Positions 62,809-64,000 of a stretch of 64,000 nucleotides of DNA are shown one piece after another. The DNA lies in NCBI GenBank assembly GCA_965287045.1, contig OZ336877.1:70060001-70124000 (forward strand), written 5' to 3'. Position numbers and translations under genes: made by a program. Below the pieces are notes generated by a model, which had not been told where the DNA came from, searched no databases, and saw only the letters and a list, made by a program, of their open reading frames with translations. The DNA comes from Carcharhinus amblyrhynchos (Eukaryota). How positions within the stretch are numbered: the first letter of the stretch is position 1; every line of letters starts with the position of its first letter.

Positions 62809-64000
62809 AATCTTAATTTAGTATCACAATTATGAAAAACTGAAACTGTCATTCTTTCAATGCTACCTTTTTATTCCTCTACACTAGTTTTAAATGTTCA
62901 GGATCTGAAGAGTTCTTACTTTAAACAGCATTCTCCGCTGATGTTTTACTCCAAGTTATTCATCTGCCTCAGAAACGATCAAATTAATGTGAAGAGGAAC
63001 TAAAACTACTTGGAGAGATCACCAGCAACCTTATGTTTCTACACCACAATGCATATTTGTGCTGTACACTTGGGAAATAGTACATACTAAAACACGGTAA
63101 AAAAAAATGTTTATTCGGGAGTGTTCATTTGAAATCAGTTTCTGATGGCGATTAAAGGAGAGGAGGTTTAAAATTAGCGAGATCTCTTGGCACTACCAGT
63201 CTCCGAAATACAGTTGTCAATATCTGTCACACAAGCATTAGATCCTCTGTAAATTTTAGATGAGGATGTTTGCAAATTTTGAAGGGTACTCTGAACCCAT
63301 TACTGATATTTTTAAAACCAGATATTTCCCCGATTTTAGTGAAGGAAATAATCCGCAGGATGAAATGTGGGCCTTAAATGCAGGAGGCTTCTCAAATCTG
63401 TTTCAACACATTTAATTGAGTTTTTTTAATGAAGTAACAAATAAGATTCATGAGGGTACTGCAACGTGACTTTTAAAAGGCATTTGATAAAGTGCCATTT
63501 AACAAACTTGAAACCTAATTTTCCTCTGTTTGCTAATCTTAAGAAAAGCTGGACCTTGGTGAACAATGATGCAGCATTAGTATTGCAACAAACTTGTCAC
63601 AAAGGTTCAAGCTCCTTAAAGAATTTCTACCTATTCAAAATCAGAATCAATCTATTGGAGAGATAGATCAAAGTTTATTTGTTTAGACTGATACTGGGTG
63701 TGCAGATTGTGATTCTCCCGCGCCTGGTCCTGTTGATGCAGCCAGTGTGCAAACATGGTGCTACCTACACATCAGAATGATTGTAGGTAGGATGCAGTCC
63801 AGCGTGAAATGTGCTGCTGACTGGCTGAACACTCAGCTAAGAGGTTGTTGCATGTTTGACTGGCACAGTGGACAGCTAACCTATACAGCAGCTGCATGAA
63901 CAGAGCCAGGGAAGGACATTAGTTGCTGGCTTATCAGCAGGGGAGAAGGACAGCACCCGAGTTCTCAAAAATGGTGCTGGAGGCCTCAAGGATAGAAGTC

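Overview
Vertebrate, repeat-rich genomic DNA. The repeat complement (HE1-type V-SINEs, CR1 LINEs ending in (TTCTTATG)n, Rex1/Babar LINEs, Penelope-like fragments, GC-rich Harbinger-type MITEs, Gypsy relics, solo LTRs) points to a cartilaginous fish, most likely a shark. I see no intact cellular gene; the long ORFs are 5'-truncated young CR1 ORF2 ends. The main hidden signal is on the minus strand from about 62,435 down to about 29,060: some 15-18 exon-like blocks, many with AG/GT boundaries and all riddled with stops and frameshifts. Their translations follow the GREB1/GREB1L protein collinearly, from the N-terminus to the C-terminal TET-associated-glycosyltransferase (TAGT) domain. This looks like a very divergent, dead GREB1-family member, possibly a third paralog. 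Other notable items are a ~140-bp piece of LRRN1 coding sequence captured inside a SINE, a microhomology-flanked templated copy of a nearby LTR inside another SINE, a local inverted duplication, and Penelope-type hairpins with minimal hammerhead-ribozyme motifs. All protein comparisons are by-eye against remembered sequences and need database confirmation.
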